Part shown: piece after piece, positions 1 through 8,830 of the stretch
Layout: each line of letters begins with the position of its first letter
Position numbering within the stretch: the first letter of the stretch is position 1
Source of the DNA: a virus
IMG/VR virus record: IMGVR_UViG_3300028831_000232
Span: 27,244-91,243 of that record
Strand: one strand, 5' to 3'
Length of the DNA: 64,000 bases
The notes under the pieces: generated by a model
Told to the model about the DNA's origin: nothing
What the model saw: only the letters and a program-made list of their open reading frames with translations
Database searches by the model: none
Made by a program: the position numbers and the translations under genes

Positions 1-870
1 GTTGCCGTTGCCCGTCGTCACGCCCGACGTGGTGGTGTCGGTGGTGTAGCCGGTGCCGGCGCCGTTGGTGACGGCCCGAACCTGGGTCGTCTCGATGAAG
101 ACCACGTCGAACAGTCGGCCGATCTCGCCCAACATGAAGTTGCCGGGGGCGGCGTACTTGGTGACCTCGATGAACTCGGGGTTGTCACGCAGCCGGCGGC
201 TCTGGTGGGGGTGAACGAAGCAGACGTACGTCTCACCGAGGCGAGGCACGTTCTTGGTGGAGAGCGTCTCGACGCCGTCCTTGATGGCGGCCATCGAGAG
301 GTAGTAGGCCCCGGTCATGTTGGCGCGGGCGGTGGCGCCCGAGCCGGCCGGCAGCACGCCCTGGTCGTAGGGCGACAGGCTGGTGATGGCACCGGCCGGG
401 TCGCGGTAGTAGCCGTAGATGGCGCTGGGCGCACCGAGGAGCGTGTCCCGAGCGGACTCGTCCAGGTACAGCGCCATGTTGCGGCCGAGCAGACGGGAGG
501 CCGAGGCCATCACGTCATCGAAGGAGGCGTTGAGCAGCAGCTCGGTGACGGCCACGCCGTAGCCGTGCTCGGTCACGGTGATCGGGAACTGGCTGGCCGA
601 CAGAGCGCGGGTTTCCATCCGCACGCCTTCAACCAGAGGACCCGCTTTTCCGAGGTTGTCGTACCGCATGAAGTTGACCGTGAGGCCCGGCATGACGCCC
701 AGCTCGGTCTTCTTCACTGCGAACTGCTCGAAGCGCAGAATGGGCATGGCCTGGAACAGGATTTCCTTGCTCCAGATGGTCTGAATTGCCTGCGTCAGGG
801 CCACGTTCGTGCCGGGGTATGAGGTCCCCGTAGTGGCGACAGACGTGGTTCCGGTGATACCGGAGGCCAA
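1..870 (-). CDS. Major capsid protein, N4-gp56 family (3' end beyond window)
   Basis: Hand translation from TTG at 870 (GGAGG RBS upstream): MASGITGTT...QAIQTIWSKEILFQAMPILRFEQFAVKKTELGVMPGLTVNFMRYDNL; open to base 1; follows scaffold and portal. Confidence 0.9.
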   Translation of the reverse strand, partial: MASGITGTTSVATTGTSYPGTNVALTQAIQTIWSKEILFQAMPILRFEQFAVKKTELGVMPGLTVNFMRYDNLGKAGPLVEGVRMETRALSASQFPITVTEHGYGVAVTELLLNASFDDVMASASRLLGRNMALYLDESARDTLLGAPSAIYGYYRDPAGAITSLSPYDQGVLPAGSGATARANMTGAYYLSMAAIKDGVETLSTKNVPRLGETYVCFVHPHQSRRLRDNPEFIEVTKYAAPGNFMLGEIGRLFDVVFIETTQVRAVTNGAGTGYTTDTTTSGVTTGNGN

Positions 871-1011
871 TTCTCTTCCTCCTCGGACAGGTGGTCAGGA
901 AAAAACCACAGGGTGGAAATCCAAGCCCCCGAGTGCTCCACCGAATAGTCCGACGAATTTGGATCCCGAGAAGTGCGCCTATTAAATCACCGGTACAGCT
1001 GAAAATGGATC

Positions 1012-1842
1012 CTAGCGTCCGTACAGACCCTGGGACCGGACCTGCTGTGAAACCGCCCCCAACAGCCGCTCCCGATTCTTGGCGTAGGTGGCGAAATCCA
1101 TGTTCTTCAGGTCGTCGGGCGTCAGGTTCTGGAATTCCTGCTGGCTCTCCAGGGCGCCGACCGGAGGAGCGGTGACCGTGGTCCCCCGCTGGCCCATGCG
1201 GGCCGCCTGCTGGGCGGCGGTGAGCTGCTGGAGGATGGCGGCCGTGCGGGCCTGCACGTTCTGGATGGACGCCTCGATGGTGGCCTCGTCCGGCCCCACG
1301 GCCACGAAGTCACGCAGCTCGGGCATGATCGTCTCGGCCTCGGCCTCGATGCGCTGGAGCCGGTACTGCTGCAGCTCGGTGAAGCGACGCTCCTTGGCGA
1401 GCAGCTCCCGCTCCATGGCCCGCTCGGACTCGATGGTCTGGAAGCGCTGCTCCCACTCCTGCTCCTTGGCGGCGAGCAGCTCTTTCAGGCCCATCTCCTC
1501 CTCGGCCTTCTTCTTGGCCGCCGCCTCCAGCTGGGCGGCCTTCTCGGCCTCGGCCTTGGCCTGCGCCTCGAACGCCTCGTTGGCCTTCTGGCGCTCGGTC
1601 TTGATGGACTTCAGCTCCTCCTTCAGGCCGCCGATCTCGGCGTAGAGCTTGTCCTTCTCCTCCCGGCGCGCCCGCTCGATGTCGTCGGCGGTGAAGGTCT
1701 TCGGCTCGTTGCCGTTGGTGGCCGGCGGCGGTGCCGGCGGGTCGGCCGGCAGGAGGCCGCCCTCGACGGGCAGACCGGCGGGCGGGTCGGTGACCACCGG
1801 GTCGGCCGGCGGGTTGTTCAGGTCAGCGGGCGTCTTCGCCAT
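1012..1842 (-). CDS. Capsid scaffolding protein
   Basis: Pro-rich N-terminus, long Glu/Lys/Ala coiled coil, C-terminal MDFATYAKNRERLL helix; between portal and capsid. Confidence 0.75.
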   Translation of the reverse strand: MAKTPADLNNPPADPVVTDPPAGLPVEGGLLPADPPAPPPATNGNEPKTFTADDIERARREEKDKLYAEIGGLKEELKSIKTERQKANEAFEAQAKAEAEKAAQLEAAAKKKAEEEMGLKELLAAKEQEWEQRFQTIESERAMERELLAKERRFTELQQYRLQRIEAEAETIMPELRDFVAVGPDEATIEASIQNVQARTAAILQQLTAAQQAARMGQRGTTVTAPPVGALESQQEFQNLTPDDLKNMDFATYAKNRERLLGAVSQQVRSQGLYGR

Positions 1843-1871
1843 CTGGTTCTCCTTGTTGGTTTTCCGAGTAA

Positions 1872-3602
1872 CTACTGGCCGGCGTCGGACTCAGGTGAGC
1901 GCCGCTGCGCCAGCTTGGTGCCGTACGCCTTGGTCACCAATTCCTGCAGGAGCTTCTGAGAGCCGATGTCCCCGAGCTGACCACCAGCTCCGACTCCCCC
2001 ACCGCCGCCGGCAGCGCCCGGCCCCGGCTGGCCGGCAGGATTCACGTCCGGGCCTCCCGCTGAATTGACCGCAGGACCCCCTGCTTCGCCGCCGACGGGC
2101 TGCGGCATCATCCCGGTCTGCTCCATGACCAGGGCGGCGATGGTCGTCTTGAGCATGTCCAGGGCGCCCTGCTCGATGGCGTCCTCGATCAGCTCCTGGG
2201 CGATCTCGGCCATCTTCTCGTCGGGGAATTCGAAGCCCAGGTCCCGCAGGGCGCCCCGCTTGGACTCCAGCCCGAGGCCCATCTTGAGCTGGATCTCGTT
2301 CAGGATGATGAGCACGTCGGTGGGCAACGGTGGCGGCCAGTGGCAGGTGCTCTGGTAGGTGAGCGGATCGTTGGGATCGAGTACGTCGAGCTGGCCCTCC
2401 TTCAGCTCCTCGTCCTGGGTGGGGTCCCACATCAGGGCACCCGGCTCCTTGAGAGCCAGCGTCAGCATGACCAGCTCGTTGACCCGCACGAACCCCTTGC
2501 CGTACTGGGTCTTCTTCTGGGCGTACTTCATCATCATCGACTGGTACTGGATGGCGAGCGCCACGCCGCTGGTGTTGCTGATCGGCACCAGCTGGCCCAG
2601 CGCCGCTTCGGGCACGCCGCTCATCTCGTGCATGGTCCGCTTGAGCAGCGAGAGGTACTCCATCGGCCCGGCCAGGTTGGCCCCCAGCTCCAGGTTGAAG
2701 ACGTTCGCCTCTTTCGGCAGGCCGCCCCAGACCTTCTTCGGCCCCTTTTCCAGCTGCGACGCCTTGGCCCCGGTGATCACCGTGACCGGCGCAGCGTGGT
2801 AGTTGATGATGTCGCTGATGTCCGTCGCTTTTTCGTTGTATTCCCGGTTCAACGTGGTCAGGTCATTGAGGTCCGACAGCCCCCAGGGCGAGCCGCTCAC
2901 CGGCAGGTTGACGATCTGGACGATGGGGATGACGCCGAGCGGGTTCGGCCGGGTGTCGATCAGCTCGTCGTTGACGAATTCCTCGATGCCCTGGTCGGTG
3001 ATCAGCTCGGTGTAGGTGAAGACCTGGCGCGTCCCCTCCATGCTCGTGCCCCAGAACCGGTACTTGAGCTTGAAGCGCAGCAGCCGGTTGCGGTCATGGG
3101 GGTGGAATTCGGGGAAGCAGTGGGCGGGGTTGAGCGGGATGATCCGCACCCGGCCGGGATGCATCCGACCGGAAGGGTCCTGCCAGGGGTCCTCGTAGGC
3201 CACCTTGATGAACACGTCGCCGCTGACGCTGCCCAGCTGGCCGATCTCCCACAGCAGGGAGTCCTTGTCGTTGTCCACCTCCCACACCCGGCGCAGGCGG
3301 GCAGGCACGATGCCCTCCGTCTCGTCCGGGGTGCGGAACGTGACGCCGCGGCCGAAGGTGAAGTTGGTGGTGAAGTCCGACATGGCCCGGCAGTAGTTGA
3401 AGGTGAGCTGCGGCTCACCGACTTCCCGCCGGAACCCCCAGTGGTGCCCCAGGTACCAGGCCCAGTTGTGGCTGTAGCGGTTGAGCCTCTGGCCGTGAAC
3501 TTCGAATTCCTCGTCGGCCAGTTCCACCAGTCCCAACGGCGAAATAGCGACCGTAAGGTCGCTCTGCGCCGCTCGAAAGGAGGGACTGTGGAAATCGATC
3601 AC
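1872..3602 (-). CDS. Portal protein (SPP1-like)
   Basis: 576 aa; SVSGDVFIKV, NPLGVIPIVQI, GSPWGLSDL, SNTSGVAL motifs; position in head module. Confidence 0.85.
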   Translation of the reverse strand: MIDFHSPSFRAAQSDLTVAISPLGLVELADEEFEVHGQRLNRYSHNWAWYLGHHWGFRREVGEPQLTFNYCRAMSDFTTNFTFGRGVTFRTPDETEGIVPARLRRVWEVDNDKDSLLWEIGQLGSVSGDVFIKVAYEDPWQDPSGRMHPGRVRIIPLNPAHCFPEFHPHDRNRLLRFKLKYRFWGTSMEGTRQVFTYTELITDQGIEEFVNDELIDTRPNPLGVIPIVQIVNLPVSGSPWGLSDLNDLTTLNREYNEKATDISDIINYHAAPVTVITGAKASQLEKGPKKVWGGLPKEANVFNLELGANLAGPMEYLSLLKRTMHEMSGVPEAALGQLVPISNTSGVALAIQYQSMMMKYAQKKTQYGKGFVRVNELVMLTLALKEPGALMWDPTQDEELKEGQLDVLDPNDPLTYQSTCHWPPPLPTDVLIILNEIQLKMGLGLESKRGALRDLGFEFPDEKMAEIAQELIEDAIEQGALDMLKTTIAALVMEQTGMMPQPVGGEAGGPAVNSAGGPDVNPAGQPGPGAAGGGGGVGAGGQLGDIGSQKLLQELVTKAYGTKLAQRRSPESDAGQ

Positions 3603-3796
3603 GGCGCGGGGTTCTCCAGGGCGTAAACGCGCCCGACCAGCTCAGCCAGGGCCGCCTGCACGGTGTCGGTGGTGGTGAGGTGGGACACAGGCGTGATGCC
3701 GATCACGCCGGCCGGGAAGTTGCTCGTGGTCGAAGGGGCCGGCACCGGAGGCACGTACGTCCCTCCCTGCTGACACGTCCAGTCTGCCGCTGACAT
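3599..3796 (-). CDS. Hypothetical protein
   Basis: 65 aa; start and stop overlap both neighbours. Confidence 0.5.
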   Translation of the reverse strand: MSAADWTCQQGGTYVPPVPAPSTTSNFPAGVIGITPVSHLTTTDTVQAALAELVGRVYALENPAP

Positions 3797-3957
3797 CAGA
3801 TCTCCTTCCTGAGGCCCGGTACGTCAGTGGGCTGGCAGTGCTCGTGGCGCCACCCCCGATTCCGGTCCCACTTCGAGCGCTGGTTGTAACCGATTCGCCG
3901 GCCGCATGCCGAGCATGTCGGCGCCGGCAGGTTCCTGGTCTTGATCATGCCCGTCAT
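3796..3957 (-). CDS. Small Cys/His protein (CxxC...HxxC)
   Basis: Hand translation MTGMIKTRNLPAPTCSACGRRIGY...WRHEHCQP; ATGA and TGATG overlaps. Confidence 0.55.
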   Translation of the reverse strand: MTGMIKTRNLPAPTCSACGRRIGYNQRSKWDRNRGWRHEHCQPTDVPGLRKEI

Positions 3958-4262
3958 TCGGCCGGGGGCGCCTTGGGCTTCGTCGGCCTGGGCTGGAGGC
4001 TCTGGCGGTTGAAGACGACCTGCTCATTGCCGTCCCGGTCCACCACCCGGTCGAAGGCCGCCGGCCCGGTGCCGATCCGGCCCAGGTGCTTTACCGGGGT
4101 GCCGGGGGCGATGGGCTGGCCGTTGAGGACCCGCGGATCCTTCTCGTCCAGGCCGGCCGGCTGGAGGATGTGGGTCGAGCGGAAGGGTGGCCGGCGCGGC
4201 GGCGGCTCCGGTTCCGGCTCGGGTTCCGGCTGGGGCCGGCGGTCGCGGAAGATGTCGGTCAT
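3954..4262 (-). CDS. Hypothetical protein
   Basis: 102 aa, coupled to neighbours. Confidence 0.55.
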   Translation of the reverse strand: MTDIFRDRRPQPEPEPEPEPPPRRPPFRSTHILQPAGLDEKDPRVLNGQPIAPGTPVKHLGRIGTGPAAFDRVVDRDGNEQVVFNRQSLQPRPTKPKAPPAE

Positions 4263-4627
4263 GTCGCCGGGGGCCGACCGGCCGGCTTGCGCGGCGGCGG
4301 GGGGTTACGCCGGTCGTTGTAGACCTGATTCGACTGCAGCCGGGCCATCGCCAGCATGTGCTCGCGGGCCTCGTCCTCGGGGCCGTAGGGGATGTGGTGG
4401 TGCTCCTTGCCCCGCACGCTGCGGTTCACGCCGTCGCCGTAGCCCCCGGAGTGGCCGCCCTCGTGCAGGGCCGACAGGTTGCCGGTCTGCTGGTCGATCA
4501 GCGTGCCGGGGTCATAGCCGTGGTGCTTCGCCAGGTGGTTGAGTAGCTGCCGGCGGGTCGTCTGCGGCCCCCAGCGGGCGGCCTGGCCCGAGCGCGCCCA
4601 CAACCTGGCCCGCTGGTACTCGTCCAT
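4259..4627 (-). CDS. His-rich hypothetical protein
   Basis: GAGGAG RBS before ATG 4627; HLAKHHGYDP motif. Confidence 0.6.
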   Translation of the reverse strand: MDEYQRARLWARSGQAARWGPQTTRRQLLNHLAKHHGYDPGTLIDQQTGNLSALHEGGHSGGYGDGVNRSVRGKEHHHIPYGPEDEAREHMLAMARLQSNQVYNDRRNPPPPRKPAGRPPAT

Positions 4628-4636
4628 CGCCACTCC

Positions 4637-4792
4637 TCACTTCCCGTACGACCGGCCCTTGCCCTTGCGCTCAGCCCGCAGCGTGTTCAGCTCGCCCTGG
4701 GCCTTCTGGGTCAGCCGGCCCTTGGCCCGCTTGGACGACAGCTCGGCGTAGCGCTTCTCCGTCTTGGGGACGATCTTCTTGTAGGCCGCCAT
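4637..4792 (-). CDS. Small basic protein
   Basis: Hand translation MAAYKKIVPKTEKRYAELSSKRAKGR...; TGATG coupling. Confidence 0.6.
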   Translation of the reverse strand: MAAYKKIVPKTEKRYAELSSKRAKGRLTQKAQGELNTLRAERKGKGRSYGK

Positions 4793-5193
4793 CAGTCATC
4801 CACTTCGGCCGGCGACAGCCGCTGCTGGCGGCTGCCCGAGCGGATGACCGACTCGAACTCGACGGCGGCGTAGTCGCTGAAGCTGCCGTGGGCGAACTCA
4901 CCGAGGAAGGTGGGGGCCTCCACCCAGGCCGCCGACCCGACGTGAGCGCGCTCGCGCATCGTCTCGTCGGCGTGCTTGAAGAAGCTCTCCCGGTTGACGT
5001 GGTTCGGCCGGCCCGGCGCCGACATGTAGCCGTCGGCCATGCCCCGCTGGAAGTCGTCGGGCACGTCGGTGTCGGTGGCGACGCCCTCCTCGAAGCGCAG
5101 CGGGCCGCGGCCGCCGGGGGCGTTGGGCGCCACCTTGACCTCGTACTGGTAATTCGGCTTCTCCGGGTACTGCGGAACAGGTGCGAGTCCCAT
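4792..5193 (-). CDS. Conserved phage hypothetical protein, possibly virion-associated
   Basis: GPLRFEEGVATDTDVP and HVGSAAWVEAP motifs, recalled from Bxz1-like head regions. Confidence 0.65.
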   Translation of the reverse strand: MGLAPVPQYPEKPNYQYEVKVAPNAPGGRGPLRFEEGVATDTDVPDDFQRGMADGYMSAPGRPNHVNRESFFKHADETMRERAHVGSAAWVEAPTFLGEFAHGSFSDYAAVEFESVIRSGSRQQRLSPAEVDD

Positions 5194-5207
5194 GGGAAAG
5201 ACCTCCT

Positions 5208-5951
5208 TTAGCGGCGGATCCTACTTCTCGTGGCCCAGGACGGGGCGATGACCGCTTTCTGCTCGGGGAATACACCGGGTCGGCGGCCGTAATTCAGGGC
5301 TGAATTTTGCATCCTGGTTTCGGCAGCCAGGGCCGGAACAGCCTTGTGGGAGAACATCTGGGCGTGGGAATGGTATGCGGCCTCCTCCCCATGCCGCGAG
5401 AAGGAGCGGCCAATGGCCGCATGCCCAAACGCATCATGCACCGCCCGGAATTTGTCGTTGGTTTCGGGGTCGAGGAACGGGTGACCAACTGCCTGGTCGG
5501 CCGGCGAGCTGCCGGTCTTGTTCACCCGCAGCCGACGATTCTGCTGCAGGTCGTTGATCAGGTGCTCGTGCGTCGGGTAGATGTTGGTCCCCTCCAGCTC
5601 TGGCTCGAACTCCACCTTGACCCCCAGGCCGCCGTGCTCCTGGGGCCGGGTCAGGTAGTCGAACTGCTGGTGGACTTCGCCGGCCAGGGCGGCGTAGGCG
5701 CTCTTGACCCGGTGCTCGTGCTCGGCCCCCTGGGCGGCCTCGTAGTGGGTCGCCACCCGGTGCTGGAAGATCGGGTCGGCCTGCATCTCCGAGAGGCCCT
5801 CGTGGCTGTAGGTGCGGCCCTGGGACTCGGCGTAGGCCCGCGCACCGTGGCGCAGGTAGGGCACGCCCTGCTCGGGCTGGGGGCCGAAGTCCAGGCCCAG
5901 CTGCTCGGGCTTGCCCTCGAAGGTGCCCAGGTTGAAGAGGCCGTCCCGCAT
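5208..5951 (-). CDS. HDxxGH-motif protein (possible metal-dependent hydrolase)
   Basis: NDKFRAVHDAFGH, GEEAAY, ETRMQNS motifs; TGATG start. Confidence 0.55.
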   Translation of the reverse strand: MRDGLFNLGTFEGKPEQLGLDFGPQPEQGVPYLRHGARAYAESQGRTYSHEGLSEMQADPIFQHRVATHYEAAQGAEHEHRVKSAYAALAGEVHQQFDYLTRPQEHGGLGVKVEFEPELEGTNIYPTHEHLINDLQQNRRLRVNKTGSSPADQAVGHPFLDPETNDKFRAVHDAFGHAAIGRSFSRHGEEAAYHSHAQMFSHKAVPALAAETRMQNSALNYGRRPGVFPEQKAVIAPSWATRSRIRR

Positions 5952-6412
5952 CAGTGCTGGTGGCCGTCGGGGTTGTACTCGCCCATGGTGTGCCACTTCC
6001 GGTGGAAGTAGGCCGGGCGCTCCATCTCCTTGGCGTCGTCGGGATCCATCTCGTGCTTCTCGGCCAGGTGCCGGCGCAGCGCCCGGTTGCCGCCCAGGCC
6101 GTAGGGCGACGCCTTGGCCTTGTCCTGCTGGTCGGACTCCCGCGCGGCCTGCCCACTGGCTTCCCGGCGCTCGGTCTTGGTGTCTTCCACCATCCGCTGC
6201 ATGGCGGCGTAGCCCTCCCTGGTCGGCGGGAGGTGGATGCTGGAGTGCTCGCCCCGGCCGGCGCCGCAGTGCAGGCAGGTGGGACTCATCGGCTGGTCCG
6301 GCTCGTGGAACGGGCCGCTCTGGCCGTAGAAGGGGTGGTCACTGACCTTGGTCGAGAGGTTGATCTCCCGGCCGTAATCAGCGCCGCTTCCGAATTCCGC
6401 CGAGCGCCCCAT
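5951..6412 (-). CDS. Cys/His hypothetical protein
   Basis: CLHCG..EH finger and RHLAEKHEMDP; starts MGRSAEFGSG. Confidence 0.6.
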   Translation of the reverse strand: MGRSAEFGSGADYGREINLSTKVSDHPFYGQSGPFHEPDQPMSPTCLHCGAGRGEHSSIHLPPTREGYAAMQRMVEDTKTERREASGQAARESDQQDKAKASPYGLGGNRALRRHLAEKHEMDPDDAKEMERPAYFHRKWHTMGEYNPDGHQH

Positions 6413-7080
6413 CAGTTCCGCCTCTCCTGTCGCCAGGGATCGGGGTCTTCGTACATCGACTGCTTGTATGCCTGGATGCCGAATTCCTTGGCGACAGCGC
6501 GGCGGTCAGGTGTGCCGAAATCCTTCGGGTATTCCCCGCCTGTCCGCTGACTCAGCTGGGCGTCGGCGGCCAACGGGTGCTCGCCCAGCGCCTGACCCAC
6601 CGCCTGCGCCAGGCTGTGGCCCTCGGGCACCTGCTCCAGCTTGGAGTAGTGGCCGGTGGTGCCGTCGTCGTTCCGGTAACTCCGCATGGTGACCCGCAGC
6701 TCATCAGCCGGATGGGTGCTCATGGCCCCACCGCCATTGGGAATTCCGAATTGGACGTGGTGCAGCGCTCGCTCGTTGTAGGGCTTCTGCTCCCACGGCG
6801 TCAGCTCGACCCGGTGCTCCCGGTGGATCGGGTGCTGCTCGTTCCACTCGTTGTTCAGCCGGCGGATGCGGCCGTAGTGCGTCTCGCCCTCGATCTCTCC
6901 AGCTCGGACGGCGGCGTCGCGTGCCAGCTCCTCGTGGGCGGCCAGCGGGACGTTGCCCTGCTTGTCCTTCTCCTTCAGCGTGTCGGAGAGCCGGGGCATG
7001 TCCTTCACCGCCGGGTGCTGGAAGTAGACCCGCTCCCGCTTCCAGTAGCGCTCCGGGTTCTTCGGCTTCTCGTCAGCCAT
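6412..7080 (-). CDS. Hypothetical protein
   Basis: 222 aa coupled to terminase. Confidence 0.65.
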   Translation of the reverse strand: MADEKPKNPERYWKRERVYFQHPAVKDMPRLSDTLKEKDKQGNVPLAAHEELARDAAVRAGEIEGETHYGRIRRLNNEWNEQHPIHREHRVELTPWEQKPYNERALHHVQFGIPNGGGAMSTHPADELRVTMRSYRNDDGTTGHYSKLEQVPEGHSLAQAVGQALGEHPLAADAQLSQRTGGEYPKDFGTPDRRAVAKEFGIQAYKQSMYEDPDPWRQERRN

Positions 7081-8671
7081 ACCGGCGCCGCCTCTCCTCG
7101 TAGAACGGTGCGGTGCTCACCTCGACGGTGGGCATGATCATCTCCTTGGTCAGACTGCAGGCCAGGGCCAGCGAGTCAGGGTAGTCATCGTGGGCCTCGG
7201 CCTCCTCGGGGGCGCGGGCCAGCAGGTGCGGCCCCTCGTAGTGCTTCTCCAGCTCCTCCATCTGGTGGATGAAGCGCTGATGCACCTTGGTCCGACGGGC
7301 GCGGGCCGACCCCGGCCACACCACCATCCGCCGGCCGATCAATTCCATGAGGTGGGTCCAGCGGTCGGACTGCTGCGGCCGGTTGGAGCCGAGCGAATGC
7401 ACCTCGCAGCGCGGCAGCAGGATGCCGAGCCGCTGCGCCACTGCGTCGCCCACGCCCTGGCTGTCCACGCCCACCGCCAGCACGTTGTAGTACTGCAGGA
7501 AATCGCAGATGCGGAAGTACTGCTGCTCCCAGTCGTCGCCGTGCAGCTCCAGCCAATTCAGGATTCGGTGGTCGTAATAGCCGAATTCATCGGGTCGGTC
7601 CCAGTCCACGTAGACGACGGTCACCACGGTGGAGTCGATCTTCCGGGCCGGGTCGATGCCGACCAGGACCGGCGTCTTGAACCAGCTCTTCACGATGTCC
7701 ATCGAGCGGTCGGACAGCTCCTCCATGACCTGGCTGGTGACGAACATGCCTCGCTCCAGCAGCCACTCCAGGGCGTAGCTGAGGCGGAATTCGTCGCTGT
7801 CCTCGCCCAGTCGGCGCATTTCCTGCTGGACGTACTTCCGGTAATTCGGGTTGTACTTGGCGCAGACCTTCCAGTCATATTCGAAGTGGTTCTGCTTGCG
7901 GCCCCGGCGGGTCTGGGTCCGCTTGTTGAGCTGGATTGCCTTGTAGAAGTCGCCCTTCTTCACGTCCGGCGTGCCCAGCTTGACGCGGGAGGCGTTGTAG
8001 TAGGCGCCCATCGGGCCGATGGATTTGCGGACAACGTGCTCGTCGGCGTGCTGGGCCTCGTCCACGATCAGCAGGTGGTAGGACTTCGACTCGATTTTCG
8101 CTCGGGGGTGGGCGGTCTGCATCCGGCAGAAGCTGCCCGACTTCTTGAGCTTCACGATCTTGCCCCGGCCATCGGGCATGTCATCGATGTCGGGGTCCAG
8201 CATGATGTCCATGGCGTGGTCGGACGTGAGCCGGCTGACGATGCGCGAGAAGATGGTGTCGGCCTGCTCGTCAGTGGGGGCGAAAATGCCGACCCACAGA
8301 CCCCGCTTGAATTTGTCGAGCAGCGGGACGCCGTCCTCGTCCACGAAATTCTCGAAGATGGGCAGCTTCGCCAGCTGGGGCAGGAGCACGAGCAGGGCGG
8401 CCACCACGTCGGCCACCGTCTCGCTCTTGCCAGACTGCCGGCTCATGAGGATGGTCAGCTCGGCGCCGTCGTTGATCAGCACCGACTCGATCATCCGCCG
8501 GGCCGGCACCAGCTGGTAGGGGTGCAGCTCGTGGCCCACCAGCTCGTGCATGAAGATGACGACCTTCTCCACGAGGTCGTCAACGAATGCCTGCGATTTA
8601 GGGTCGAGAGGGGTGACCTCCTCGATTAAATCGTCGGCTTCTAATTCGTCCTGCTCATCGACGGCCGTCAT
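7073..8671 (-). CDS. terL: Terminase large subunit
   Basis: Walker A MSRQSGKS, Walker B LLIVDEAQ, RuvC-like VGIDPA and HDDYPDSLALA. Confidence 0.93.
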   Translation of the reverse strand: MTAVDEQDELEADDLIEEVTPLDPKSQAFVDDLVEKVVIFMHELVGHELHPYQLVPARRMIESVLINDGAELTILMSRQSGKSETVADVVAALLVLLPQLAKLPIFENFVDEDGVPLLDKFKRGLWVGIFAPTDEQADTIFSRIVSRLTSDHAMDIMLDPDIDDMPDGRGKIVKLKKSGSFCRMQTAHPRAKIESKSYHLLIVDEAQHADEHVVRKSIGPMGAYYNASRVKLGTPDVKKGDFYKAIQLNKRTQTRRGRKQNHFEYDWKVCAKYNPNYRKYVQQEMRRLGEDSDEFRLSYALEWLLERGMFVTSQVMEELSDRSMDIVKSWFKTPVLVGIDPARKIDSTVVTVVYVDWDRPDEFGYYDHRILNWLELHGDDWEQQYFRICDFLQYYNVLAVGVDSQGVGDAVAQRLGILLPRCEVHSLGSNRPQQSDRWTHLMELIGRRMVVWPGSARARRTKVHQRFIHQMEELEKHYEGPHLLARAPEEAEAHDDYPDSLALACSLTKEMIMPTVEVSTAPFYEERRRRYG

Positions 8672-8722
8672 GGATCGCCAGAGTACTCTTCGCCTCAAGC
8701 CATCTCAGCGAAGGAGCACGTC

Positions 8723-8830
8723 ATGGAGAACGATCAGGAGCCTCCGGTCGAAGACCCCACCGAGGAAAATGCCGAGCCGGAAGCTGTGCATTCCCCGCCC
8801 CCCGAAATTCAGGAAGGTGCCGATGCCTGA
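8723..8830 (+). CDS. Small acidic peptide ahead of endolysin
   Basis: AAGGAG RBS; MENDQEPPVEDPTEENAEPEAVHSPPPEIQEGADA; stop overlaps endolysin start. Confidence 0.4.
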   Translation: MENDQEPPVEDPTEENAEPEAVHSPPPEIQEGADA

